Shown here piece by piece: positions 43,893 to 55,158 of a DNA stretch of 64,000 nucleotides (positions are counted from its first letter, which is position 1; every line of letters begins with the position of its first letter). Origin of the DNA: a virus; the IMG/VR virus record IMGVR_UViG_3300037089_000505, positions 64,001 to 128,000 of that record; one strand, 5' to 3'. The translations under genes were made by a program, and so were the position numbers. A model generated the notes under the pieces. It saw nothing but the letters and a program-made list of their open reading frames with translations, searched no databases and was not told the DNA's origin.

Positions 43893-45032
43893 ATGGTAAC
43901 TACAAATCAATTACAGGATCTAGCCAAAGAACATGGTACACCTTTGTTTATCGTTGATCACGACGAAATTCGTGAAAACTTCAAAATGTTTAGGGGGTGT
44001 CTTCCGCGAGTAAGGCCATTCTTTGCCATCAAGGCCAACTCTGATCCTGGTATTGTGCATACTCTTTTTCAAGAAGGTGCTGACTTCGATGTAGCCTCGC
44101 TACCAGAATTCAAAATCGTCTACGAGAACATAAAAGATTTGTCATGCAAAGAGCGCCACGATTGGGTCCACGATAAGGTCATTTACAGCAACACAATCAA
44201 AACTCCCTCAACTCTTCAAAAACTTGACGGCTACAAGCCGTTGGTCACATTTGACAACAGCGATGAAATCCACAAAATCAAAGAGTACGCCCCGAACGCA
44301 AGGTTACTCTTGAGGCTTTGTGTTCCAAATCGTGGAGCTATGGTTGAGCTTTCTTCTAAGTTTGGGGCAAATCCAGACGAGGCAATTGATCTTATCTTCA
44401 AAGCCGTTAGTCTCGGTTTGGTAGTCGAAGGTATCAGCTTTCACGTTGGAAGTCAAACAAGCGACTTCAGCAACTATATAAACGCCCTGACACTAACTGA
44501 TCATGTCTTTCAAGAGGCCAAGAAATGGGGATACTCTGGAATGCACGTGGTAGATATAGGAGGGGGCTTCCCTGCTGCTTACGACGACACTGTCAAACCA
44601 CTTTGTGAATTATCGAGAACAATCAATACAGAATTGGCTTATCGCTTTGGCATGGACGTCCAGATCATTGCAGAACCTGGTAGGTTCATGGTCGCTTCAG
44701 CATGTTATGCTGTTTCAGAGGTCATCGGAGTTGCAACTCGTAACGGAAAGAAATGCTACTACGTCAATGACGGAGTCTATCATACTTATTCGGGGAAGAT
44801 CTTTGATCATTGTCATTATCACATGAAGGCTTTCAAAGAAGGTCCTTCACAAATCAGTACGGTTTACGGACCTTGCTGCGATGCCCTCGACATGATTTCA
44901 AATGGGGATAGTCTGCCAGAATTGTTCAGGGGAGATCTTCTGTATAGCGACATGGTTGGAGCTTATACGACCGCTTCAGCTACACACTTCAACGGATTTC
45001 CGCCAGCAAAGATTGTTCACATCAATCAGTAA
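43893..45032 (+). CDS. Type III PLP-dependent ornithine/lysine decarboxylase
   Basis: FAIKAN (PLP Lys), FDVAS, SKFGA, SFHVGSQ, DIGGGF, AEPGR, GPCCD and GAYT motifs. Confidence 0.93.
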   Translation: MVTTNQLQDLAKEHGTPLFIVDHDEIRENFKMFRGCLPRVRPFFAIKANSDPGIVHTLFQEGADFDVASLPEFKIVYENIKDLSCKERHDWVHDKVIYSNTIKTPSTLQKLDGYKPLVTFDNSDEIHKIKEYAPNARLLLRLCVPNRGAMVELSSKFGANPDEAIDLIFKAVSLGLVVEGISFHVGSQTSDFSNYINALTLTDHVFQEAKKWGYSGMHVVDIGGGFPAAYDDTVKPLCELSRTINTELAYRFGMDVQIIAEPGRFMVASACYAVSEVIGVATRNGKKCYYVNDGVYHTYSGKIFDHCHYHMKAFKEGPSQISTVYGPCCDALDMISNGDSLPELFRGDLLYSDMVGAYTTASATHFNGFPPAKIVHINQ

Positions 45033-45035
45033 AAG

Positions 45036-46594
45036 TTATCGATTAGGATTATCGTACCAATCAGCAACGGCAGAGTAAGCCTTGTCAATCTTTCGTAGTT
45101 GTTTTTTATCCCACTTAGTGATGCCTAATTTTTTAGCAGCTTTATACCAATCCATACTTACTAATCCATATTTTATGTTAATATAAAGATTGCTTTCGAG
45201 TTCCGTAAATTCTCCAGATAGAGTTGGATCCTTATATTCGTCTTCTATGTCGTAGGCATCACCATCAGCGCCATAACTGTATCGAAAATAATCTATATCA
45301 TCATCACCATGAATATGTTTCTCGTATAGATTTTCTGTCGACATCCCGTCTAAAATGTCTTCTAAGAAATCGCGGTGGGCCGATTCATCCCAATCACTAC
45401 CATTGCCAAAAATAGGAGTGTCTTTACCATTTAACATAGCGAGAAAAATTGTTGCACCATGTCTTCTGATAAAGCTCTTCATATTTGTAGGCATATCTGG
45501 CGCGCCCTTAACTTCAAAACTTGGTCTACCTTTAAACTTTAATTTTTCTTCGCCTAATATGACTCTGATAAAAAAATGTTTGGTGAGGCTGTTGGCGGGG
45601 TAAAACCAAGGCGCTAACGGTAAATCTTTTAATTGCATTATTTTTTCTTCTTTCTATTGTTTAAATAACGATTAAATATCTCTCGAGTTACTCTAGCCCA
45701 ATCGTCTTCTGGTAAGTCGAACAACTCTTGTTCTATGTCTTCAACAGTATCGTTATAGAAGAACTCACTGTGTTCGCGCACAGGGTCGACACCTATCATT
45801 TTTGCTATTTGCGTTAATTGTCCATTAGTTAAATTTCTCAACGCCTCTTTGACGGCATCTTCAAAATTCTCGAAGATGCCTTTTATCTCATAACGATCGT
45901 TGTTCATTTAGTCTTGGTTAGGAGCTCCAGACGGTTTTGCTTTATTGATTATAGGAGCCCGAGCAGGAGCAGGATTTCTAGCAATTCTTTTTGCTTCTAT
46001 TTCATGTTGCTGACCTTTAGCTTGTGCTTCTTTAGCAGCCAAATCTGCACCCTTTTCTTTCTGTTGAGTTGCAGCACCAACTTTTTGTTGATAGTTCGCG
46101 TCTACAACCTTAAATAATATTTCATCAGCTTTGTCTATTGGTATTTCTTGTTTTGCAAACTCAGCTTTTAGTTTATCTACGCCCTTATAACCTTCCATAT
46201 TTGCCAGCCATTGAGCAGCATATTGATTAGCAGCTGCTTGACCCTTAGCTTGAACTAATTTGGCATACTGAGCTTTGAAGCCAGCCCAATCTCTTACTAT
46301 CATGGGCAAGTTCCTTTCATTTAAAGGTTTTTCAATTGCATCATTTAATTTCATATTTCATCCTCGTTTATTTAAGTTGAATGCGGGCTTTTTTAGTTTA
46401 CTTACCCTATCATACCATTCTTTAAGTTCCTCTTCACCGACAGAATATTCATCTCCGCCTCGAGGAGTGACATGGTATAAATTACCAACTTTCTTTACTT
46501 TGTTACCCTCTTTCTCTAGTGCTTTTATAACATCCGCCATATTTACAGCCTCAAAGTTTTCAGTCAAAAAATTAGCCCATTCCTTTAAAGTCAT
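45036..46594 (-). CDS. Four-gene minus-strand operon of small hypothetical proteins (46358-46594, 45908-46354, 45638-45907, 45036-45638)
   Basis: Abutting ORFs; SD GAGGAG before 46594; the only clear minus-strand block in the window. Confidence 0.7.
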
Positions 46595-46641
46595 ACTCTT
46601 CTCCTCTTATACTTATCTTTCGTTTGGCATACTTAAATCAA

Positions 46642-47208
46642 ATGACCATTTTCATAGACCAAGACAACGTATTGAATAAATTCATTGATAATTGTGTGGT
46701 TTATATTAACAGACTATACAATTTTGATATAAAATTCACCGAGGAAGATTGTAAGAATTGGGATGTATTTAAACAGATATTCCCATTTGCCTCTGAAAAA
46801 TTCACAAATGAGATGGCCGAAAGAGTATTTAGTGCAACTGGCTTTTGGTCTACAATGAAAATCAAAGACAGCGCTGCTGAAGTCATGCAAAAACTAATAA
46901 ACGATGGGCATGAAGTTTTTATTGCTACTATGCCCTGGGAAACGGCAAGAAATTGTATATCTGAAAAAATATCTTGGGTTGAAGAAAACTTACCCTTCTT
47001 CAGAACAAAAAACATAATCACCTGTCCTAATAAAAAATTTCTCACTGGCGATGTCATTTTAGACGATGCCCCACATATTATAGAAAATACACCACATTGT
47101 AAATATAGAATTATTTATGATTATCCATACAATCAAAATGTAGAAGCTAGCTTTCGTATTAAAAGCTGGAATGAAGCTTACTCAGTCATAAGCAACTTAG
47201 AACGATAA
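46642..47208 (+). CDS. 5'(3')-deoxyribonucleotidase (NT5C/HAD)
   Basis: IFIDQDNVL, EK..WV...LPF, K....GDVILDD and PYNQ motifs. Confidence 0.85.
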   Translation: MTIFIDQDNVLNKFIDNCVVYINRLYNFDIKFTEEDCKNWDVFKQIFPFASEKFTNEMAERVFSATGFWSTMKIKDSAAEVMQKLINDGHEVFIATMPWETARNCISEKISWVEENLPFFRTKNIITCPNKKFLTGDVILDDAPHIIENTPHCKYRIIYDYPYNQNVEASFRIKSWNEAYSVISNLER

Positions 47209-48367
47209 GTTAACTTCAAGAGGTATTAATATTGAGGCTCAGTAGTAGTCGGGACAATATAGCTGTTGATATTCAAGCGAAAATTTTTAACAAACATAAT
47301 GTATGGTCACTCATCTTTAAGCCCACAGAAGGTCTGAAATTTATTACAAGTGATTCCTTTACAAGCGGTAAGGATCTATATCAGAACATGACGCGTAATG
47401 TTATAGATAAAATTCAACCTTTTGGTGCGACCCTGAAGGAAACTTTTGTCCTTATTGAAGATGAAAAAATAAAATTAGATAGAGACAATGCTGAAAAATA
47501 TATGAACAAAATTATCAAAGAAGATTTAACAATAGTTTTTCGAATCATGATAAATAATAAGAACTATGAGTATCAAGTTAATTCATAGAGGTGCTATATG
47601 AAGTTAAATAAATTGTTTGAAATGCACGACGAAGAGCTTGATGAGAAAACTCGAAAAAAGATAGCTAAGTTATTCCCAGCAGCATGGAAAAAGGCCCCAG
47701 CTAAATTTCATGCAGAAGTTAAAAAAGAATATGACGGAGCCGATTTATCAACTGATATAGATCCAGACGATATTGACAATGAAGATGGACCTATTGAAAT
47801 AATGACTTCACCGGCTAATCCTCCTGAAACGGTAAATGATGATGATACAGATGTAGCCGTTGAGGTCGAATTTGAGAATGGAGTGTTAACCGTAATTGGT
47901 TGGCGAATAATGAGTTGATTTATTATTTTACATCAAGCGACGAAAAATTAACTAAAGACACGTGGGACATTTGGTCATTTTTTATTTCGTTCAAAAAAGA
48001 GAGACCAGTTGTTGGATCAAAAGGAATAATCTTTCGGTACAACGATGACCTCTGTGAAGTAGAAGAATTAGTTTCTGGAGCTGAACTAATGCCGATACCT
48101 TTCTTGACTGAAGAAATGAAACACGCATTTATAGATGGATGCTTCAAAGCATTTAGAAGGGGATAATATGGAAGAAATGGAAGCTAGAGAATTAGCAAAA
48201 CAGCGCAATCTTAAACGTGCCGCTAAAAGATACGAACAAAACAAAATGGCAATAGAAAAAGCCAACGAAGATTTACAAAGACGCATATCTAAAAGAACAT
48301 TAGAGATATTAGATTCAAGTATGAAAAATTTTAAGAAAGGTAAAGTGAGTGATCCCATTGACATTTA

Positions 48368-48720
48368 GGGGACGTTAAGGTTTCGACTGGAATTGGTTCG
48401 GTCTTGGATCGCAAGTAGAGTGCTAAACTCTTAAATTAGCAAAAACACAACTGCCGAAAATTTTGACGCAGATTTTGCTCTGGCTGCTTAAACAGTCCTC
48501 GCACGGGTCTTCAGAGTCTAGTCTCCAACATCTGAATTAACCTGAAACAAATCGAGACTTACTTATAGATGATTTCGTTACATCTCTAAGAAAACTATAA
48601 CGAATTTGATAAAGAGCAGAAGTTGGCTCTTAACTCTTTATCGAGAAAACAATACCAACTAAACTTGTAGAAGTTCTTGATCAGCATTCCAACACGCGGG
48701 TCCGACTCCCGCCGTCTCCA
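48368..48720 (+). ncRNA. ssrA: tmRNA; tag peptide (A)AENFDADFALAA*
   Basis: 5' GGGGACG...GGTTTCGAC; 3' T-arm GCGGG-TCCGACT-CCCGC then CGTCTCC-A, giving G3:U70. Tag ORF at 48453-48491; CCA not encoded. Confidence 0.95.
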
Positions 48721-48796
48721 TAAAGAAGATAAAATATTATCTCTTCTTGAAATTAGAAAGTGTCTAAAGATAAAATACACGAGGTAAAAAATAAAC

Positions 48797-48976
48797 ATGC
48801 AAATAGGCGATGTAGTTTTATTAAAAAGCGACATGAGACACGCTATGACAATTGGTTTGAAGTCTAAAGATTATGAAGGATATTGGTGGTGCTACTTTTG
48901 GCCACTTGATGGCAGTACAGTAGCGCATATTCAATTACCTGAATCAGTACTAATACTAGTAAAACCGAATAAATAA
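48797..48976 (+). CDS. Small YodC/DUF2158-like protein
   Basis: MQIGDVVLLKS...MTI...C.FW...LPESVL; SD GAGG. Confidence 0.55.
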   Translation: MQIGDVVLLKSDMRHAMTIGLKSKDYEGYWWCYFWPLDGSTVAHIQLPESVLILVKPNK

Positions 48977-49020
48977 AAAAGCTTAATTAAAAATGTTGTA
49001 AATCAATAAGTCTTATAAGC

Positions 49021-49056
49021 GCAGGGACCCTGGCAACAGGGTCTTTGCCTTTGTTT
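49021..49056 (+). terminator. Intrinsic terminator-like hairpin upstream of nrdJ
   Basis: GCAGGGACCCTG-GCAA-CAGGGTCTTTGC followed by CTTTGTTT. Confidence 0.6.
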
Positions 49057-49123
49057 AAAGGAGGGTATTTATTGTCAATTGAATTTCTGTGTTAATTTAA
49101 ATTATGTAGGAGGAAAAATGTAA

Positions 49124-51466
49124 ATGCCCTGGATTTGGAATCAACCCATAAGCAAAGATGTATTTGATATTAAATATAAGTTTCACAGAGAATCTGTAGA
49201 ACAGGTTTTCGATGATATATCTACCGTTGTTTCAACGGTAGAAAAACCAGAAAAAAGAGAGGAGGTTAAAAAACTATTTTATGATACGATGATAGCTGGA
49301 CGATTTATTCCAGCTGGTAGAATTTTGGCAAATGCTTGGCCGAAAAGTAAAATCAAAAACTTTATGAATTGTTTTACAATCGGAATTCAAGACGACATGA
49401 ATGCCATATATGATTCCTTGAAAGAGGACGCTAAGATTAGTAAAGTAGGCGGGGGAGTTGGATTTGATATCTCACCGCTGAGACCGAAAGGAACTCCGCT
49501 TTCTGTAGGCGGAGAAGCTTCAGGCCCAATTTCATTTTTGAGAATTTTTGATGCTTCAGCAAAAATAATAATGACGGGTGGAGCTAGACGAGCCGCTCAT
49601 ATAGCCCTCTTAGCAGTAGACCATCCGGACGTTGAAGATTTTATTACCTGTAAACAAGGTGATAAGAATCGTGCCCTCACTCAGTTTAACATTTCTGTAA
49701 AGATTACCAATAAATTCATAGATGCTGTCGAGAAAGATTTAGATTGGGACTTAGTGTTTGATGGCAAAAAGTACAAGACGGTCAAAGCAAAATATTTATA
49801 TGACTTGATGGTCAAGAATGCTTATACTAATAACGAACCAGGCATGTTCAATGTTGATACAATCAACTTCTATAACAATGGCTGGTGGATTTTTGAGATT
49901 CACGAGTGCAATCCTTGTGGCGAGATTTCTATGGAAAAATATTCTTCTTGTAATCTTGCGTCACTAAATCTTACTACCTACATACTAGAAGCTTTTACAC
50001 CAAAGGCTTCATTTGATTTTGATCTGTTCAAAAAAGATGCTGCAATGGGAATCAGATTTTTGGATGACGTATTAGATGCCGCCGACTATCCGTTACCAAA
50101 AATAGCCGAACGCATGATGCAGACTCGGCGAATTGGTTTGGGGATTACTGGACTTGGGGATGCCTTCGCTATGATGGGCATGAAATATGGAAGCGAAGAA
50201 TCAAAGAAGCTGACAAAGAAAATTGCTACAGTCTTTAGGAATGCCTCATATGAAACTTCGGTAGGACTTGCTGCTGAAAAGGGTATGTTCACAGTTTGCG
50301 ATAAAGAAAAGATTCTCCAATCTAATTTTGTTAAGAAGTTACCTGAAGCTATTCAAGAAGGAATTAAGCAATACGGCCTCAGAAACATAGCTTGTAATGC
50401 TATTGCGCCGACAGGTACAATTTCTTTGACCTTTGGCCAAAACTGTTCGTCGGGTATTGAACCCATCTTTTCCTTTGAATATAATCGACGCGTTCGCACA
50501 AAGAATGATCCAGATGTATATACTGAACAAAAAGTTATGGACTATGCGTGGCGCCTATGGACCGAGCAGAATAGTCATAGCAAAGAAGCGATTATCAACG
50601 CTTTGAAAGAAGAACCAAAACCCAAAGATGTATCAGCTCAAGCTTGGGAACCTCGCCGAGATCTGACTGATGTCGTGAAACATCCAGAGTTCTTTGTAAC
50701 TACTAAAGACGTATCGGCCAAAGACTCAATAGATATACAAGCAATCTTCCAAGAGTATATTGATCAAAGTATTTCTAAGACTCTAAATCTTGCTCCAGGG
50801 ACTACGTTTGAAGAGTATAAGGATCTTTTCATGTACGCTTACAAGAAAGGCCTTAAAGGGTTCACTACGTTCAATCCAGAAGGTTCTATGAAAGGTATTC
50901 TAGAGTACAATGAACCAGTTGAAACTAAAGATTCTGATTATGTAGTAAGACGTAACGCTCCTAAGCGTCCTGACGAGCTTGAATGCGACATACACCAAGT
51001 AACAGTTAAAGGGCAAAAGATCGTAGTCTTAGTTGGAAAACATAAAGGCTCTTTATATGAGATTTTTGCCGACGATGATCAATCTAATAAAATTGACATC
51101 AAGTATGACAAAGGCATCATAAGAAAAATAAGTCGTGGACGTTATGATCTTATTGTCAAGAACGGCGAAGAGAAGCTCATAGTAGAAAATTTGAGTAAAA
51201 ACTTTGGTGGAACCTACGGCGTGTTGGCTAGACTTGTTTCTATGTCATTGAGGCATGGGACGCCGCTGCAATTCGTAGTAGACCAACTTGGAAAATCAAA
51301 CGAGTTCGTTGGATTTGAAAAATCAGTATCACGTGTTCTTAAGAAATATATTAAAGACGGCGAGAAGGTCATGACTGGTGAAGTTTGTCCTGAGTGTGGA
51401 AACGAACTACAATTCAAAGAAGGTTGCGTAAGCTGTCCTAATTGCTCTTGGAGTCGATGTTTATAA
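49124..51466 (+). CDS. nrdJ: Class II (AdoCbl-dependent) ribonucleotide reductase with C-terminal zinc ribbon
   Basis: PAGRIL, NCF, GGGVGFD, NPCGE, SCNL, RRIGLG, IAPTGTIS, ISKT and CPECG...GCVSC motifs; no ATP-cone and no beta subunit nearby. Confidence 0.9.
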   Translation: MPWIWNQPISKDVFDIKYKFHRESVEQVFDDISTVVSTVEKPEKREEVKKLFYDTMIAGRFIPAGRILANAWPKSKIKNFMNCFTIGIQDDMNAIYDSLKEDAKISKVGGGVGFDISPLRPKGTPLSVGGEASGPISFLRIFDASAKIIMTGGARRAAHIALLAVDHPDVEDFITCKQGDKNRALTQFNISVKITNKFIDAVEKDLDWDLVFDGKKYKTVKAKYLYDLMVKNAYTNNEPGMFNVDTINFYNNGWWIFEIHECNPCGEISMEKYSSCNLASLNLTTYILEAFTPKASFDFDLFKKDAAMGIRFLDDVLDAADYPLPKIAERMMQTRRIGLGITGLGDAFAMMGMKYGSEESKKLTKKIATVFRNASYETSVGLAAEKGMFTVCDKEKILQSNFVKKLPEAIQEGIKQYGLRNIACNAIAPTGTISLTFGQNCSSGIEPIFSFEYNRRVRTKNDPDVYTEQKVMDYAWRLWTEQNSHSKEAIINALKEEPKPKDVSAQAWEPRRDLTDVVKHPEFFVTTKDVSAKDSIDIQAIFQEYIDQSISKTLNLAPGTTFEEYKDLFMYAYKKGLKGFTTFNPEGSMKGILEYNEPVETKDSDYVVRRNAPKRPDELECDIHQVTVKGQKIVVLVGKHKGSLYEIFADDDQSNKIDIKYDKGIIRKISRGRYDLIVKNGEEKLIVENLSKNFGGTYGVLARLVSMSLRHGTPLQFVVDQLGKSNEFVGFEKSVSRVLKKYIKDGEKVMTGEVCPECGNELQFKEGCVSCPNCSWSRCL

Positions 51467-54373
51467 GCTCAAGATAATTACATGAAAGACACGAAGGCCA
51501 TGAAGCCTGTTCCTCTAATTGGCGATCATTGGCGATCAACTTATGGCCTATTGTTTGAATCTATTTTCGCTGGCGATCCAGACGCAGAATTCGAAAATAG
51601 TCGAGAGGATCTTAAGAAAGGCAAACTCCGCTTTGATTTAGTATTGACCACCGGAATATTGCGAGAGTTAAAGTCGGCAATCAAGAAAGTAGATTCCGAT
51701 TTCAAATGCATTAACAAAACTGGCGAGATTGCTTATACTACTATAGATCTTAAAAAGAACTTACTCTATACACAACTATTCACAGACAAGACTGCTTATG
51801 CTGATCCTGACGACTATAATTACGGCAACCAAGATTGGTACGCTGAAATTGGAATCAATCTTAGCTCAGGTTCTATAGTAGATTTCAATGTGAGTTATGA
51901 TACATGAACGTCTTGACTTTACAACAAAATGAGAGCTATTATTCAAAAAGCTTAAAGTGGTTCTTTACAGTAGTACGAAAAGAGCCGCTCGAAGTCCTAA
52001 CCTTTTACTTTGATGATTATCCAAGAAACAGCGGATGGGATATAAAACCCTTGAAAAAGTTACCAGGACTTCTAAGTGAAGTCATACGAAAATCTAATAA
52101 CACTTTTCTTAAAGCTGCTAATAAAGACTGTGAAAGAATAGTCAAACAGATATTTAGATCTAAGAATTTCACTTACGGCGAAGAATACTAAACTCAAGAT
52201 AACTACATGAACTTCCAACACTTACTCAAAGACTCAATATTTACGCGTCCAATAATTCGCTGGGTCTTTGAAAAAGATAAACTTAAGTGGGCTGCAACTA
52301 TTTCTAGTGTAGAAAAAGCATGCCCATTAATGTGGGCTGCTATAGATGAAGTGTTGCCACATGTAACACGTCGAGTAAAAGAAACATTAAAATCTACTAC
52401 CAATCTTTTTGCAAGTAGTGTTGGCGACAATTTATGGCTTAGTTTTTCAAAGCCCAAACAATCGGCATTCGATAGTAAAATAAGTTTTTCTTCTCCAGCT
52501 ATAACTTTCGTAATAGACAAAAACTTTGATGTGTCGGCGAGAATACCTTGATAGAATATAGACAAAAAGGTTTACCAACTTACAGATATTATTTTATCAA
52601 AGATGTTTTCGAAAAAGAAGAAGACATAGTTGAGCGCTGGGATAAAGATATAAAGCTTAAGCTTGATGGATATACAACTGAATGGATTTTGAAAATTAAT
52701 AGACACAAGACTAACTATTCTAAGTTGTCCATAACACTCGCTCGAACTTTCTACAACGAACATCAGATATATACTAATTTAGAAATAGGTCTTTACAGAG
52801 ATGGTTTTCATATAACACTTGTAGATCTTAACGATACAGAGTTACGAAAATACCTATTTGGAGATATAAACAGGTCTACTGCATGGACACAAGAAGTGGC
52901 TAAAGTTGCTCTGATAGCTAATGAAATAACAACTGAGATTAAGAAATTCATCGGCGAGAAAAATAAAGAATGAAAATTCATGACAGCCGAGACAATAACG
53001 ATTACATAGTCAGTCTCGATTTTGTAGGCAATGCAGCCACTCTAAAATGGGATTCGTTTGCAGCCAAGGAGACTGCTCCTACAGATCAAAAGTTTTTCCT
53101 ACATGATCTATTCTCTGAACTAAGAGCAGGTGAGACTACCATAATTTCAATTAATATTTTTGAACGCAGATTTTTGATTAAGAAGATTTGGGAAATGGAA
53201 TGAAGCTTAAAATTTGGCAATATCCAGACGACTTTGACCAAGAAAATTTACCTCGGAGCAAATGGAAGTATGATTACTTTATAACAGGCTTGGACAAAAT
53301 TATTTCCCGTAATGCCATGCCGCGTATGATGCCAGTACATCTTTGGTACAACTACCATGAAGAGAAATGGAATATTCAATTTTGTCAAAGAGCCTATAAA
53401 GTTGAACTAATAGTAAAACCAGAATTTAAATCAGAGATAAAACAATTGAAAGGTCTACCAGAAGAAGTTAGTTTCTTCTATAGGATTCTAATTTTGTTTG
53501 CTTTTGTCCATAACGATTATGAAGAAGTCCACAAAATTAGAGAGAAATACTTTGGCAACAATGATACTACACTTATGAAAAGCGACGAATGATATGTGGA
53601 TACAACGACGTGAGACTAATTATATCGCTGACGTCTATTTCAAACATTCTTGGAAAGACAAGGTTACAGTCATGTGGACCAGCACAGGAACTGATCCAAA
53701 AGAACATGTTTGGACAATGACGTTTGATGAATTTGTATTGAACTACTTAAAGCATGCTAAACTAATAACACACGACACTAGCGCTGAAGACTATTTTGTT
53801 ATAAAGAGCATCTTTCACAAAAGATAATCTAATGGGGATGATCTGGTATAAAAGAGCTGTTAGTTATAATGTACAAGTAGGAACTGGCGGTGCGGCTGTT
53901 CACTATTTATTGTATAAGGAAACTCCTCCAACATTAAAAACTATCAGATTTGAATCTGGTGCAGAAGAACGTTATGCAGGCCAGAAAACTGGACTAACGA
54001 CTTGGAAGGTTACTCCCGTCCTAGCTGGTAAATTAACACTAGCTGACGATCCGCCAAAAATAGACGAAGAAGATTGCAGAAAATTTTTTCGTTGGATTTG
54101 GTGGGCTGACTTATGAAGTTAAAACTATTAAAAGGAGCAACGGCCAAGTTTACTATAAACTTTAGTTCTGATGAAGTTGTTTTAAGGTGGTCAAGTGGCA
54201 GCGAGGGTTGGATTAACACTACGATAATGCTCAAACAGTACTTGACTCAAGATTTTAAAGTTTTAGAAGTAAGTGAAACAGAAGCTCGTTATTTAATTAA
54301 ATCAGCATTCTCGTTAATCAACTAAAGATAATTTCGACACACATATATACTATACACAAGGTGGTAACGTATC

Positions 54374-55000
54374 ATGGCTGACGTTTTAGCGCAGAGAGTC
54401 CTTGTGCTTAACAAGGGCTACAATCCAATCAGAATCATCAGCGTGCGCGAAGCGTTCATAAAACTCTACGCAGAAGTCGCTGAAGTAGTCACCGTCGAAG
54501 AAGGTAACTACTGCAACTATGATTTCAACTCTTGGGCAGAAGTCTCTGAGTTGAAAGAAAAGTTGGAAGATCTTGGAGAGCTCGATGATGTAGTCTACAC
54601 TGCTAGATTCATACTCATCGTGCCCAGGATCATCAGACTTCTGGCTTATGACAAGGTTCCAAAGAGGACGCTCAAGCTGACCCGAAAAAACATTTACGCA
54701 CGAGACTTGAGTACTTGTCAGTATTGCGGTAAGGAGTTACCAACTGAAGACTTGAATCTCGACCACGTCATGCCAAAGTCTCAAGGTGGTCAGGCGACTT
54801 GGACAAACCTTGTTTGTTCTTGTATCGTTTGTAACACTAAGAAAGCAGGCAGGAGTCCGAAGGAAGCTCACATGAAATTGATCAAGCTTCCGGTCGAGCC
54901 AAAGTATAATCCAATGCTCCAGGTCCACATCGAGAGCGAGAAGTATGGTGCCTGGAAGAGCTTCATCAGCGAAGCTTATTGGACCACTGAATTGCATTAG
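54374..55000 (+). CDS. HNH endonuclease
   Basis: VLVLN...RKNIYARD..TCQYCG...LDHVMPKSQGG..TWTNLVCSC..CN.KK. Confidence 0.92.
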   Translation: MADVLAQRVLVLNKGYNPIRIISVREAFIKLYAEVAEVVTVEEGNYCNYDFNSWAEVSELKEKLEDLGELDDVVYTARFILIVPRIIRLLAYDKVPKRTLKLTRKNIYARDLSTCQYCGKELPTEDLNLDHVMPKSQGGQATWTNLVCSCIVCNTKKAGRSPKEAHMKLIKLPVEPKYNPMLQVHIESEKYGAWKSFISEAYWTTELH

Positions 55001-55085
55001 GGAAGACAGCGGGAAGATAAAATCTCTTAAAGAGATAATGAAGCATCGGTTTGCTATTCAATCTTCCCGCTAATTCTCCATATAC

Positions 55086-55158
55086 GCCGGCTTAGCTTAT
55101 TTGGCAAAGCGCCTGATCCGTAATCAGGAGAGGCCCGGTTCGAGCCCGGGAGTCGGCT
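55086..55158 (+). tRNA. tRNA-Thr(CGT), with C33
   Basis: Acceptor GCCGGCT/AGTCGGC; anticodon arm CCTGA-TCCGTAA-TCAGG; T-loop TTCGAGC. Confidence 0.88.

Noticed and set aside
48977-49123. Cobalamin riboswitch upstream of nrdJ
   Set aside because: Only one terminator-like hairpin; no B12-box or GGGAA...GCCCCCGCAACUGU core.
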